Positions 32,231 through 42,338 of a DNA stretch of 64,000 bases are shown in pieces (position 1 is the stretch's first letter; every line of letters starts with the position of its first letter). Made by a program: the position numbers and the translations under genes. This stretch comes from Vulcanimicrobiota bacterium (GTDB lineage: Bacteria > Vulcanimicrobiota > Vulcanimicrobiia > Vulcanimicrobiales > Vulcanimicrobiaceae). The notes below the pieces were generated by a model that was given only the letters and a program-made list of their open reading frames with translations, was not told where the DNA came from and made no database searches. The DNA is taken from assembly GCA_963820825.1 (NCBI GenBank), contig CAWGBN010000005.1, positions 1 through 64,000 of the forward strand, in the 5' to 3' direction.

Positions 32231-34072
32231 ATGTGCGGGATCGTCGGATATATCGGTCAGCGCGACAGCGTCCCGATCATTCTCGACGCATTGCAGCGCC
32301 TCGAGTACCGGGGGTACGACAGCGCGGGCATCGCGGTCATCGACGCCGCGGGCGAGTTGACGGGTTCGAAGGCCGAGGGCAAGCTCTCGCGGCTCGCGCA
32401 GCGGCTCAATAACGGCGAATCACTCGCCGGCGCGGTCGGCGTGGGCCATACCCGGTGGGCCACCCACGGCGCGCCCTCCGATGCCAACGCCCACCCGCAT
32501 CTCGATTGCCGCGGGCGCATCGCGGTCGTTCATAACGGAATCATCGAAAACTATGCCGCGCTGCGCGCGCGTCTGCTCGAGCTCGGCCACATCTTCAGCA
32601 GCGAGACCGATACCGAGGTGCTGGCGCACCTGATCGAGCTGCATTACGACGGCGATCTCGAAGCGGCGGTGCGCCGCACGGTGCACGAGATCCGCGGCGC
32701 CTACGCGCTCGGCGTCATCTCGAGCGACGATCCCGATCGGCTGATCTTCGCGCGCAACGGCGCCAGCCCGCTGGTTCTCGGCATCGGCGACGGCGAGATG
32801 TACGTCGCCTCCGATACGCCGGCGATCCTCCCCTACACGCGGCGCGAGATCATCATGCAGGAGAGTGAGATCGCGGTCGTCTCGCGCGAGGGAGTTCGTC
32901 TGACAGACTACTCCGGCGCACCGATCGAGCGCGATCCGATCGTGATTACCTGGGACGCCGGCTCCGCCGAAAAGACCGGCTATAAGCACTTCATGCTCAA
33001 AGAGATCTTCGAGCAGCCGCAGGTCATCAAAGAGACGCTCAGCGGCCGTATCGACGAGAGTGGCGGCGTGCATTTGGGCGCCGAACTCGGAGCGATCAGC
33101 GCCGATCGGCTGCGCGCGATCAGCAAGATCGCGATCACCGGCTGCGGGACTGCATATCACGCCGGAATGGTCGGAATGTATCTGCTCCGCTCGCTCGTGC
33201 GGCTTCCGGTCGAGATGGAGTTGGCCAGCGAGTTTCGCTACGGCGATCCGGTCATCGACCCGACGACGCTCGTGATCGCGATGTCGCAGTCGGGCGAGAC
33301 CGCCGACACGATCGAAGCGGTCCGAATCGCCAAAGCGGAAGGGACCGACGTGCTGGGGATCTGCAACGTGCTCGGATCCCATCTCTCGCGACTCGCCGAC
33401 GGAATGCTCTACACCCGCGGCGGCCCCGAGATCGGCGTCGCGGCGACGAAGACCTACGTCTCGCAAGTGATTGCGATGACGCTCTTCGCCCTCTATCTCG
33501 CGCGGCTTCGCGGAACGACCGACGAACGGCGCCTCAACGAGATTGCCGACGGGACGAAACTCCTCCCGGCCGCGGTCGACGTCGTGCTCGACACCTCCGA
33601 CGAGATTCGCAAGGTCGCACGCAAGCTGCGAAGAGCGCAGAGCGTGCTCTTCATCGGGCGCTACGTCAATTTTCCGACTGCGCTCGAGGGTGCGCTCAAA
33701 CTAAAGGAGATTTCGTACATTCACGCCGAGGGCTATCCCGCCGGCGAGATGAAGCACGGACCGATCGCACTGCTCGATTCGACCGTGCCGGTGGTCGGCA
33801 TCGCAACCGACGACCGCGTCCGAGAGAAGATGATCTCGAACCTGATGGAGTCGAAAGCGCGCGAAGCGCCGGTGGTCGTGGTCGCCAACCACGACGATCG
33901 TGAAGTAGCCGGCGTCGCCGATCACGTCTTCTGGGTGCCGAAGGTCGACGAGCTGCTCTCGCCGATCGTCAACGTCATTCCGCTGCAGCTTCTCGCCTAT
34001 CACATCGCCGACATCGAGGGGAAGGACGTCGATCAGCCGCGGAATCTCGCCAAGACCGTGACGGTTGAGTAG
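32231..34072 (+). CDS. glmS: Glutamine-fructose-6-phosphate aminotransferase
   Basis: [45 protein letters not shown]. Confidence 0.98.
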   Translation: MCGIVGYIGQRDSVPIILDALQRLEYRGYDSAGIAVIDAAGELTGSKAEGKLSRLAQRLNNGESLAGAVGVGHTRWATHGAPSDANAHPHLDCRGRIAVVHNGIIENYAALRARLLELGHIFSSETDTEVLAHLIELHYDGDLEAAVRRTVHEIRGAYALGVISSDDPDRLIFARNGASPLVLGIGDGEMYVASDTPAILPYTRREIIMQESEIAVVSREGVRLTDYSGAPIERDPIVITWDAGSAEKTGYKHFMLKEIFEQPQVIKETLSGRIDESGGVHLGAELGAISADRLRAISKIAITGCGTAYHAGMVGMYLLRSLVRLPVEMELASEFRYGDPVIDPTTLVIAMSQSGETADTIEAVRIAKAEGTDVLGICNVLGSHLSRLADGMLYTRGGPEIGVAATKTYVSQVIAMTLFALYLARLRGTTDERRLNEIADGTKLLPAAVDVVLDTSDEIRKVARKLRRAQSVLFIGRYVNFPTALEGALKLKEISYIHAEGYPAGEMKHGPIALLDSTVPVVGIATDDRVREKMISNLMESKAREAPVVVVANHDDREVAGVADHVFWVPKVDELLSPIVNVIPLQLLAYHIADIEGKDVDQPRNLAKTVTVE

Positions 34073-34083
34073 GAAACGTCCCG

Positions 34084-34821
34084 GTGATCCGTAGCGACGG
34101 CCGAGCGCGCGACGAACTGCGCCCGATCACGATCGAGCCGAACTTTCTCAAATACGCCGAGGGCAGCGCTCTGATCAGCATCGGAAACACCCGGCTGATC
34201 TGCGCGGCTTCGGTGGAAGAGCGCGTCCCGGCGTGGATGAAGGGACGTGGCCTCGGCTGGGTGACCGCCGAATATGCGATGCTCCCGCGCGCGACCCAGG
34301 AGCGAACGCAACGCGAGGCGGCCCGCGGCCGCGTAGGCGGACGAACGCACGAGATTCAGCGGATCATCGGACGCGCGCTGCGCGCGGTGACCGACACGAG
34401 CAGACTCGGCGAACGGACGGTCTGGCTCGATTGCGATGTAATTCAAGCCGACGGCGGAACGCGCACGGCCGCGGTGACCGGCGCGTGGGTAGCGCTCGCG
34501 CTCGCGCTGCGGACGCGCTTCGATCCGGCCGACGGAGCGCATTGGCCGCTCTCCGCGATGGTGGCGGCAACGAGCGTCGGGATCGTCGCCGGCACGCCGC
34601 TGCTCGATCTGGCCTACGACGAGGATAGTCAAGCGCACGTCGATATGAACGTCTTCATGACCGATGCCGGGCGATTCGTTGAGCTCCAGGGTACGGCCGA
34701 AGCCGCGCCGTTCGATCGCCGCGAACTCGAGACGCTGCTCGCGCTCGCCGAGACCGGAATCCGTAAGCTCTTCGCGCTTCAGAGTGCGGCGCTCGACGCG
34801 CCGGCGCCGCATGCCGGCTGA
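34084..34821 (+). CDS. rph: Ribonuclease PH
   Basis: [49 protein letters not shown]. Confidence 0.96.
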   Translation: MIRSDGRARDELRPITIEPNFLKYAEGSALISIGNTRLICAASVEERVPAWMKGRGLGWVTAEYAMLPRATQERTQREAARGRVGGRTHEIQRIIGRALRAVTDTSRLGERTVWLDCDVIQADGGTRTAAVTGAWVALALALRTRFDPADGAHWPLSAMVAATSVGIVAGTPLLDLAYDEDSQAHVDMNVFMTDAGRFVELQGTAEAAPFDRRELETLLALAETGIRKLFALQSAALDAPAPHAG

Positions 34822-35149
34822 CGCGGCGTTGGCCGAGCTCGTCAAACAGGTCGGCGCCTTCCACATCACGCAACGCGCGATGGTGCGAGCACAACGCGCG
34901 ATCGAAGCGGCGATTGCCGCCGGCACGCTCGACGAGGCAACCCGAGGCGCGTACCTTGCCGAGGTGCGCCGCTATTTCCAGGGATTCGATTCCGAGGCGC
35001 GGGCGCATCTGCGCGACGTCGACCGGCGCCTCGAGCGGGCCAATCAAGTGCACTTCAATCTCGCCGCCGAGCGCGGGGTGGCGGTGAAACGCATCGAGGC
35101 GACGCAAGCGGTGCTCGACGCGCTCGCTCCGCTCGACGCCACGCCGTGA
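34811..35149 (+). CDS. Hypothetical helical protein (112 aa)
   Basis: ATG overlapping the rph end, stop overlapping mlaE start (GTGA); amphipathic/coiled-coil pattern. Confidence 0.7.
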   Translation: MPADAALAELVKQVGAFHITQRAMVRAQRAIEAAIAAGTLDEATRGAYLAEVRRYFQGFDSEARAHLRDVDRRLERANQVHFNLAAERGVAVKRIEATQAVLDALAPLDATP

Positions 35150-35916
35150 GACTCCTCGACCGCTTCGGGCGGGCGACGACGAATTTCTTCGAATACGCCG
35201 GCGGCTTGACGCTGCTCTCGGCCGAGTCGCTCGGCTTCATGGCGCGTCTGCGCATCCGCATCAACGAAACGATCTCGCAGTGCGCGCTGCTCGGCGTGCA
35301 GTCGGTCGTCATCGTCATGCTGACCGCGCTCTTTACCGGCATGGTCATCTCGCTCGAATCGGCGCAGCAAGCGGTCGCGTACGGCTTCGGCGGGTTCGTG
35401 GGCGGCGCGGTGGCCTACGCATCGGTGCGCGAACTGGGACCGATGCTGACCGCGGTCGTCGTCGCCGGCCGCGTCGGCTCGGCGATTGCAGCCGAGCTCG
35501 GTTCGATGGTGGTCACCGAACAGATCGAAGCCCTCCGATCGATGGGTTTGGAACCGACCCGCTTTCTCGTGGTGCCGCGGTTCGCGGCGATGCTCCTGAT
35601 GCTGCCGCTGCTCACGATTCTCGCCGACGTCGTCTCGATCGTCGGCGGCATGTGGGTCGCCCAGACGTACGCCCATATCTCCTACGATTCGTTCATCGCC
35701 TCGGTGCGGCAGCAGATCGACTTCCCCGACGTTCTCAAAGGATTGGTAAAGTCGTTCGTTTTCGCAGCGATCATCGCAATCGTCGGCGCCTACCAAGGGC
35801 TCTCGACGCGGGGCGGAGCGGCGGGCGTCGGCAAGTCGACGACGGGCTCGGTGGTGCTCTCGATCATTCTGATCTTCGGATCGAACTTCGTGCTTTCGTT
35901 TCTGCTCTTCCGGTAA
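35146..35916 (+). CDS. mlaE: MlaE-family ABC permease
   Basis: RELGPMLTAVVVAGRVGSAIAAELGSMVVTEQIEAL, GGAAGVGKSTT. Confidence 0.95.
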   Translation: MRLLDRFGRATTNFFEYAGGLTLLSAESLGFMARLRIRINETISQCALLGVQSVVIVMLTALFTGMVISLESAQQAVAYGFGGFVGGAVAYASVRELGPMLTAVVVAGRVGSAIAAELGSMVVTEQIEALRSMGLEPTRFLVVPRFAAMLLMLPLLTILADVVSIVGGMWVAQTYAHISYDSFIASVRQQIDFPDVLKGLVKSFVFAAIIAIVGAYQGLSTRGGAAGVGKSTTGSVVLSIILIFGSNFVLSFLLFR

Positions 35917-35918
35917 CC

Positions 35919-36686
35919 GTGGATCGCACCGGCTCCAACTTGATCGCCCGCCTCGATGACGTCAGCCTCGCCTTCGGCGATCGCGTCGTCTTGAAGAACT
36001 GCTCGCTCGACATCGCCGAAGGGGCGATCACCTGTATCATCGGCCTGACCGGTGCGGGAAAATCGACGATCCTGCGGCTACTCGACGGGCTCTTGCTTCC
36101 CAACGCGGGCCACGTCTACGTGCGCGATCAGGATATCTGCCATATGTCGGAGGAGCAGCTCAACCGGATGCGCCGCAAGATCAGTCTTTCGTTTCAGTTC
36201 TCGGCCCTTCTCGACAGCCTGACGGTCGGCGAGAACGTCGCGCTGCCGCTGCGCGAGCGCACGAAGCTCTCGGAAGCGCAGATCCGCGGGCTGGTCATGG
36301 ATTCGCTCGAGAGCGTCGGTCTGACCAGCGCGTACGACAACCTTCCCGCGGAGCTCTCGGGCGGAATGCTTAAACGCGCCGGCTTCGCGCGGGCCATCGT
36401 CACCGGGCCGGAACTCGTGCTCTACGACGAGCCGACGACCGGCCTCGATCCGATCGTCACCAACCTGATTACCGATACGATCCTCAAACTGCGGGCGAAG
36501 CTCAAGGGAACCGCGGTGGTGATATCCCACGATCTCGCCTCGATCTTCGCGATGGCCGACTACGTCGCGATGCTCTTCGAAGGCGCAATCATTGCATACG
36601 ATACCGCCGAGCGGATTCGAAACTCGACCAATCCGATCGTAGTCCAGTTCCTGCAAGGCTCCGAAGTCGGGCCGATTCCGATCTGA
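35919..36686 (+). CDS. mlaF: MlaF-family ABC ATP-binding protein
   Basis: GLTGAGKS, FQFSALLDSLTVGENV, LSGGM, YDEPTTGLDP. Confidence 0.93.
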   Translation: MDRTGSNLIARLDDVSLAFGDRVVLKNCSLDIAEGAITCIIGLTGAGKSTILRLLDGLLLPNAGHVYVRDQDICHMSEEQLNRMRRKISLSFQFSALLDSLTVGENVALPLRERTKLSEAQIRGLVMDSLESVGLTSAYDNLPAELSGGMLKRAGFARAIVTGPELVLYDEPTTGLDPIVTNLITDTILKLRAKLKGTAVVISHDLASIFAMADYVAMLFEGAIIAYDTAERIRNSTNPIVVQFLQGSEVGPIPI

Positions 36687-36762
36687 TGACGCGCTCCACC
36701 TCGCACGCGTCCGTTCGCCCGCCAGCGAGGCGATTTATCGCCGTCCGAGTAATAGAGCGCCC

Positions 36763-38329
36763 ATGACCAGGCAAGCTCAGGTCGGCGCGTTCGCAATCGT
36801 CGCACTGCTGATGCTTTTCGGGATCTTCTACGTGATCACCGATTTCGGAACGCGCCACACGGGCTATCGGATCGGCGTCCATTTCCAATCGGCCGCCGGC
36901 GCAACACCCGGGGCACAAGTCTATTTCAGCGGCGTCGACGTCGGATCGATCGACTCGATCGTGCTGCTCCCCGATAATACCGTCGACGTGATCTTGGCGA
37001 TCAACCGCGACATCGACGTTCCGGCGGCCTCGCGTTTCTTGATACAAGCGCCGCTAACCGGCTCGCCCGTCGTCGTTATTCTGCCGCCGCGCCAAAAACC
37101 GCCGGTGGCGCTGCTTCCCCCGACAGGTATTGCCGCTCGCCGATCAGCCACGCGGCGTGAACGGAACCTCCATCGCGGACCTGCTCGAGCAAGGGCAAGG
37201 GGAGCTCAAACGATTCGATACGGTGATGTCGCTCATCGAGCAGCGCACACCGAAGCTGCTCAACACGCTTCAAACGACGCTCAATAACGCCAACGACCTT
37301 ACCCTGAGCACGAAGAGCTCGCTGCAGCAGCTTTCGAGCGAGCTGCTCGCGCTCGGCACCAGCCTTCAGGGGAATCTGACGGCGGCGAGCGTCAACGTCG
37401 CGCAGCTCTCCGCGACGCTCAACGGCACGGCGACGACGGATTCCAAGAAGGTCGGCGCGCTGCTCGATGAGTTCCAATCGACGGCCGTCGCGCTCAACCG
37501 CTCGATGACCGCGCTGCAAGATTTGGCGACGGATCCGCGCCTCAAGGCCAATATTCTCGCGACGACGCAGAGCATCGCGGAGACGACGCAGACGCTCGCC
37601 GCACTGACGAAAGACTTACGAACCGTAACGGGCGACCCGCAGACGCAGGCGCAGATGCGCAACACGATCGCGAACCTCGACGCGGTCATGCAGAAGGCGA
37701 ACTCGCTGCTCGGCGAGCTCGGCGGAACGAGCAGCGTCTACGGCGTCGACGCGGGCGCGACGCCCGCACCGCTCACGGTTCCGAGCACCTCGCCCTATCC
37801 CGGAGGCCTCCCGGTGCCGTCCGCGACGGCGACGCCCGGTACTGTGAATCCCGAGCTGCGCTCGAAGTTACAGAGTAAGCTGGCCGGTCTCGCGCGCAAT
37901 CTCGTCGCGATTCAGGTTCGGCTGAGCGGACTCTCGCCGCAGCATAACGCCGGGCTCAACCCCGTGCTCACCAGCAGTCAGGGCCCGCTGGGCGACATCA
38001 ACGTCATCGCGCTGCCCCACGGCAGTACGAGCCTGATGTTCGGCGCCAATGCGATCGGCAACAACACCACCTGGAACGCGGTGCTGGAGAAGAACGGCGG
38101 CAACTTCCATCTCGGCGCGGGGGTCCTCTACTCGCAGATCGGCGTGCTCGGGCAGTACGCACCGCTGCACGGTCTCGGCTTCGAGACGCGCGTCTACGAT
38201 CTCACCTATCCGATCATCGACCTCTATGCCAATCTCCACCTGGCGCCGGGTGCGGAACTCTTCTTCGGACAGCGCGACATTACGCACGCCTCGCGGCGCA
38301 ACACCTTCGGGCTCCAATATCAGTTTTGA
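36763..38329 (+). CDS. mlaD: Long MlaD/MCE protein with helical stalk and C-terminal beta-strand domain (one apparent frameshift near 37125)
   Basis: N-terminal TM, MCE motif (F.SAAG..PGAQV..SGVDVG.I), long heptad region, C-terminus ...NTFGLQYQF. Confidence 0.88.
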
Positions 38330-38338
38330 TTGACTGCT

Positions 38339-39290
38339 ATGGCTGAGCGCTCGCAACGGCCGCGCATCGGCATCATCGGCGCCGGCGCGATGGGAACGCT
38401 CTTCGGTTTCCGACTTAGCCCAGCGGGGCGACGTGACGATTCTCGACGACAATGCCGATGTGGCACGCGCGGTCGAGCGCAACGGCCTGCGCGTCAACGA
38501 CGAACCCGCGCGAATGGTCGGCGTCGCCAAGCGTGCGCGCGACCTCTACGGTTCGCAGATGCTCTTTCTCTTTGTCAAGGCGGTCGATACGCTGCGCGCC
38601 CTACGCGCCTTTGCCGGGGAGCTCGATCCCTCCGCACCGGTCGTCTCGTTGCAGAACGGGGTCGGAAACGAGGACGCGATCAAGACCGCGCTGGGCGGAG
38701 CCGTTCCCGTCATTCTGGGGATCACCACCGAGTCGTCGCAGACGGTCGGTCCCGGCCACGTTCGCAGCTCCGAGGAAGGCAACACGATCATCGGATCGAT
38801 GACGGCGTCGCCGACGACCGCGCGCACGGTGACGGAACTGCTGACGAGCAGCGGCCTGCGCGCCTCGGTCGTTCACGACATTCGTCCGCACTTGTGGGGG
38901 AAGCTCGTGGCGAATGCCGCGGTCAACGCCCTCTCGGCGCTGCTCGATTGCAATGCCGGTGAAATTCCCCTCGATCCCAACGCGGCTCGGCTCGCCGAGT
39001 CGCTCGCCGAAGAGACCGCGAGCGTTGCCGCCGCACTGAAGATCAATCTTCCGTTCGTCAATCCGTGGCAGTACGTCACCGAAGTCGTCGCGCTCGGCGC
39101 GGATGCAAAGAGCTCCATGGCCTACGACCTCGAATCGGGCCATCCGAGCGAGATCGATCACATCAACGGCGCGGTCGTTGCTTTCGGCCGCCGCACCGGA
39201 ACGCCCACGCCGTTCAACGAAACGATGGTGCGTCTGGTAAAGGCACGCGAAGCGCTGCTCGCGCGCTCACGGCTGCGGCTCGAGACGTAA
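38339..39290 (+). CDS. panE: 2-dehydropantoate 2-reductase (frameshift near 38425)
   Basis: IGIIGAGAMG, FVKA, SLQNGVG, WGKLVANAAVN, KSSMAYDL, EIDHING. Confidence 0.9.
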
Positions 39291-39980
39291 GAGCCGAATC
39301 GCGCCGGCGCCGGTTTCGACGTCGATGCGCTGACCGGAGCCGCCGTTGACGGCGCCGTCGATCGTCTCGGCGGAACCCTTCGAGGTGCCGCGCAATCCGA
39401 AATCGGTAAAGAGCACGCCGTTATCGGTGTGCAGATGAACGCTAAACGCCGCCTTCGCGACGATCCAAACCTCGACGTCTCCGCGACCGCTCGAGAATCG
39501 AAGCGTGCCCGGCCACTGCGACGCACCCATCATCACCGAGACGTTTCCATTCCCAGCGGCGACTTGCGCGTATCCCGGCACTTTGACGTCGACGTTTCCG
39601 TCGCGAGCGACGATGCGAACGTTCCCGGTGATGTCGGTAACGTTGACGTTGCCGCGAGCCGAATCGAGGGCGAGGTTGACGCCGTCGGGAACGCGCACGA
39701 GGAGCGCCTGCAAAGCACCGGGCGCACTCACGACCAGTCCCCCGGCAACCTGTCGCAGGCGGGGTGCGGGCGGCGGCGCCTGCTTCGGTAACGCGGTCGC
39801 CGAAACCGTGTAGAGATCGCGTCGCCCACCGGCGAGCGGCTGGTAGGCATTGACGGCGGCCGTGCCGGTGTGGAGCGTCAGTGAAGCGCCCGGCTTGAGC
39901 ACGCCGACGGTCGTGACGTACGGGGAGGGCGAGCTGCAAGCGACCGTCACGAGCATAAGAAGAAGAAGTGCGAATCTCAC
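39267..39980 (-). CDS. Lipoprotein with DUF4097-like beta-strand repeats
   Basis: VTVAC lipobox; repeated S.RGNV / ARDGNV / AGNGNV / SGRGDV / TDNG / TGAGAI units. Confidence 0.75.
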   Translation of the reverse strand: MRFALLLLMLVTVACSSPSPYVTTVGVLKPGASLTLHTGTAAVNAYQPLAGGRRDLYTVSATALPKQAPPPAPRLRQVAGGLVVSAPGALQALLVRVPDGVNLALDSARGNVNVTDITGNVRIVARDGNVDVKVPGYAQVAAGNGNVSVMMGASQWPGTLRFSSGRGDVEVWIVAKAAFSVHLHTDNGVLFTDFGLRGTSKGSAETIDGAVNGGSGQRIDVETGAGAIRLLRLEPQP

Positions 39981-39994
39981 GAATCGTTTGTTCT

Positions 39995-40831
39995 ATGGGC
40001 TGCAAGGGCCTCATGCACGCAGCGTTCGCGCTGATCCTCGCCGGTTGCGGCAGCGCGATGCCGCCGCCGGGCGCGCCCTCCGCGAACTCCGCGATCGCGG
40101 GCGACGCCGCGCGCTGGATACCATCCGCGGGGCAATCCTATCAGATTCAGTACGACGGTACGCTCGATCTGAACGTACCGGCAAAGATTTACGATCTCGA
40201 TATGTTCGATACGAAGCCGGCCGTCGTCGCACAACTCCATCGGATGGGCCGGCGCGCCATGTGTTACGTCGACGTCGGGACGTGGGAGAGTTGGCGTCGC
40301 GATGCCGGCAAGTTTCCCAAGAGCGTGCTCGGCCATCGCGACGGGCACTGGAAAGGCGAACGCTGGCTCGACATTCGGCAGACCTCGATTCTCGAGCCGA
40401 TCATGGCCGCCCGCCTCGATCTCTGTAAGAAGAAGGGCTTCGACGGCGTCGATCCCGACAATCTCGACGGCTACGAGAACAAGACCGGCTTCCCGCTCAC
40501 CTACCAAGAGCAGCTGACCTACGACATGTGGGTAGCGACGGCCGCGCACGACCGCGGTTTGACCGCCGACCAGAAAGGCGACAACGACCAGGTCAAAGAC
40601 CTCGTGAAGGTCTACGATTTCGCCGTCGTCGAGCAGTGCTACGAACAGGGATGGTGCAAGCAGTTCGATCTCTACACGAACTCAAACCGGCTCGTGGTCG
40701 ACGTCGAGTACTACCATAGCCAAAAACGGTTTCTCACCGGCAACTGCTCCGAGGCGGCAAAGAATCACGATACGGCCATCCTCAAGCGGCTCGAGCTGAC
40801 CGCCTGGATCCTCACCTGTAAGAAGCAGTAA
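39995..40831 (+). CDS. Endo-alpha-1,4-polygalactosaminidase (GH114), lipoprotein
   Basis: LAGC lipobox, YDLDMFD, CYVDVGTWESWR, GERWLDIR, KGFDGVDPDNLDGY, AVVEQC. Confidence 0.88.
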   Translation: MGCKGLMHAAFALILAGCGSAMPPPGAPSANSAIAGDAARWIPSAGQSYQIQYDGTLDLNVPAKIYDLDMFDTKPAVVAQLHRMGRRAMCYVDVGTWESWRRDAGKFPKSVLGHRDGHWKGERWLDIRQTSILEPIMAARLDLCKKKGFDGVDPDNLDGYENKTGFPLTYQEQLTYDMWVATAAHDRGLTADQKGDNDQVKDLVKVYDFAVVEQCYEQGWCKQFDLYTNSNRLVVDVEYYHSQKRFLTGNCSEAAKNHDTAILKRLELTAWILTCKKQ

Positions 40832-40856
40832 CCCTAGGGAAAGGCTTCGGCGGCGT

Positions 40857-41210
40857 TTAGGGGCGATTCACGTGGACGTCGTACTCGCAAACCGCGACTT
40901 TCGAAAGCACCTTGACCTTGCCGCCGGCGAAGACGAGCTTCACGTCGTGCAGCATGCCCGGGCAGTGCGCGTAGCTGTTCTGCGTGAACTTGATGTAGAA
41001 ATAGTGCCCGGGGGCAATCGGATTGGCCAAGTCGTTGATGCCCCAATTGTCCTGCCGGGAATCCTTATCGTACAGTGCGACGATCGGCACGCTCGTGTCG
41101 TTCCAAACCTTGAAGACGACCGCGTCGGCGGCATTGGACGCCGACGGCGCCCCGACGGCGGCCGCACCGGCCGCAATTGCCACCACCGCGGCGATTCGAA
41201 GGCTCTTCAT
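40857..41210 (-). CDS. Small secreted hypothetical protein
   Basis: Signal peptide MKSLRIAAVVAIAAGAAAVGAPSASNA; F.V.N.T...I..LY...WG.N.L; two Cys. Confidence 0.75.
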   Translation of the reverse strand: MKSLRIAAVVAIAAGAAAVGAPSASNAADAVVFKVWNDTSVPIVALYDKDSRQDNWGINDLANPIAPGHYFYIKFTQNSYAHCPGMLHDVKLVFAGGKVKVLSKVAVCEYDVHVNRP

Positions 41211-41370
41211 GACCACAGCCTTCCGCTAGACCTTCAATCTGCCTGCGCGATGCTCTCGGCGCCCCGCAAACCCGACAGAAGACCCTCGGTGTCAGAGCCT
41301 TCCGGGCTCAAGGAATCTTCTTGTCGCATTGGCGGCCCCGGCTCGCCAAGGAGCTCTTCTCGTCTCGCAC

Positions 41371-41402
41371 GAATGCGATAAAAGATTTATTATGTCGCAT
41401 TC
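41371..41402. other. dif-like Xer recombination site (11-6-11)
   Basis: ATGCGATAAAA-GATTTA-TTATGTCGCAT at 41373-41400, 9/11 symmetric plus outer GA/TC; TTATGT inner arm as in known dif sites. Confidence 0.7.
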
Positions 41403-42330
41403 AGACGCCGTGAAGAAGCCCTCGCCGAAGGCCGATCCGCTGATCCGGGACCTGCGTGGGTACCTCCTGACCGAGCGCAAGCGGAGCCCCCTGACCGTCG
41501 AGGCCTACGAGCGCGACCTGATGGAGTTTACGGCGTTCCTGAGGGACGAAGCGCCTCGCGTCGGGCTGCGGTCCGTAAAGTCGACGCAGATTCGCCGCTA
41601 CATCGCGTATCTGTTTGACGTACGCGGCTATGACAGCCGGACCGTCTGCCGGAAGCTTTCCTCGATTCGGGCGCTCTACCGGTTTTTAAAGATCACCGGG
41701 GTGCTCGAGAACGATCCCGCCGCCGCAATCCCGGGTCCGTCGGTCGCGAAGCGCCGGCCGGCGCCGCTTAAGGTGGACGAGGTCGTCAAGCTCTTGCGGA
41801 CCTCGCTGGCCGGCAAGAACGACGCGACCCGTCTGCGGGACGTGGCGATTATGGAGCTGTTCTATGCCAGCGGAATGCGGCGCGCCGAGGTGGCGGGCGT
41901 GCGGCTCGCCGACGTCGATCTCGTGGAACGGACGATTCGTGTTACCGGTAAGGGTAATAAGGAGCGGACGGTGGTGATCAATCGTACCGCGGCGGCAGCG
42001 ATCGAGGCCTATCTCCGAGTTCGGCCCTCTAGTGCCGATCCGGCGCTCTTTCTCGGGCGCGGCGGCAAGGAACTGACGCCGAAGCACGTCTGGCGGATCT
42101 TCCGGGCGATCTATCGCGTGAGCGGCATTCAGAAGCACGCGACGCCGCACACGCTGCGCCACTCCTTCGCAACCCATCTGGTCGAGAACGGCGTCGATCT
42201 CGAAACCGTGCGCGAACTGCTCGGACACGAGAGCCTTGCGACGACGGGCGTCTATCTCCAGCTGGCAATGGGGCATAAGCGCAAAGCCTATGACGAAGCG
42301 CACCCGCGCGACCGGACGGCGGATAAATAA
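41392..42330 (+). CDS. Xer-family tyrosine recombinase
   Basis: N-terminal YL..ER..S.LT..AY.RDL; catalytic R (SGMRRAE), K (GKGNKER), HTLRH, LGH, Y (TTGVY). Confidence 0.93.
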   Translation: MSHSDAVKKPSPKADPLIRDLRGYLLTERKRSPLTVEAYERDLMEFTAFLRDEAPRVGLRSVKSTQIRRYIAYLFDVRGYDSRTVCRKLSSIRALYRFLKITGVLENDPAAAIPGPSVAKRRPAPLKVDEVVKLLRTSLAGKNDATRLRDVAIMELFYASGMRRAEVAGVRLADVDLVERTIRVTGKGNKERTVVINRTAAAAIEAYLRVRPSSADPALFLGRGGKELTPKHVWRIFRAIYRVSGIQKHATPHTLRHSFATHLVENGVDLETVRELLGHESLATTGVYLQLAMGHKRKAYDEAHPRDRTADK

Positions 42331-42338
42331 CCGCCGCG

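Noticed and set aside
32224..32231. glmS ribozyme upstream of glmS
   Set aside because: Only 6 nt separate rpoZ and glmS, leaving no room, and no motif is seen.
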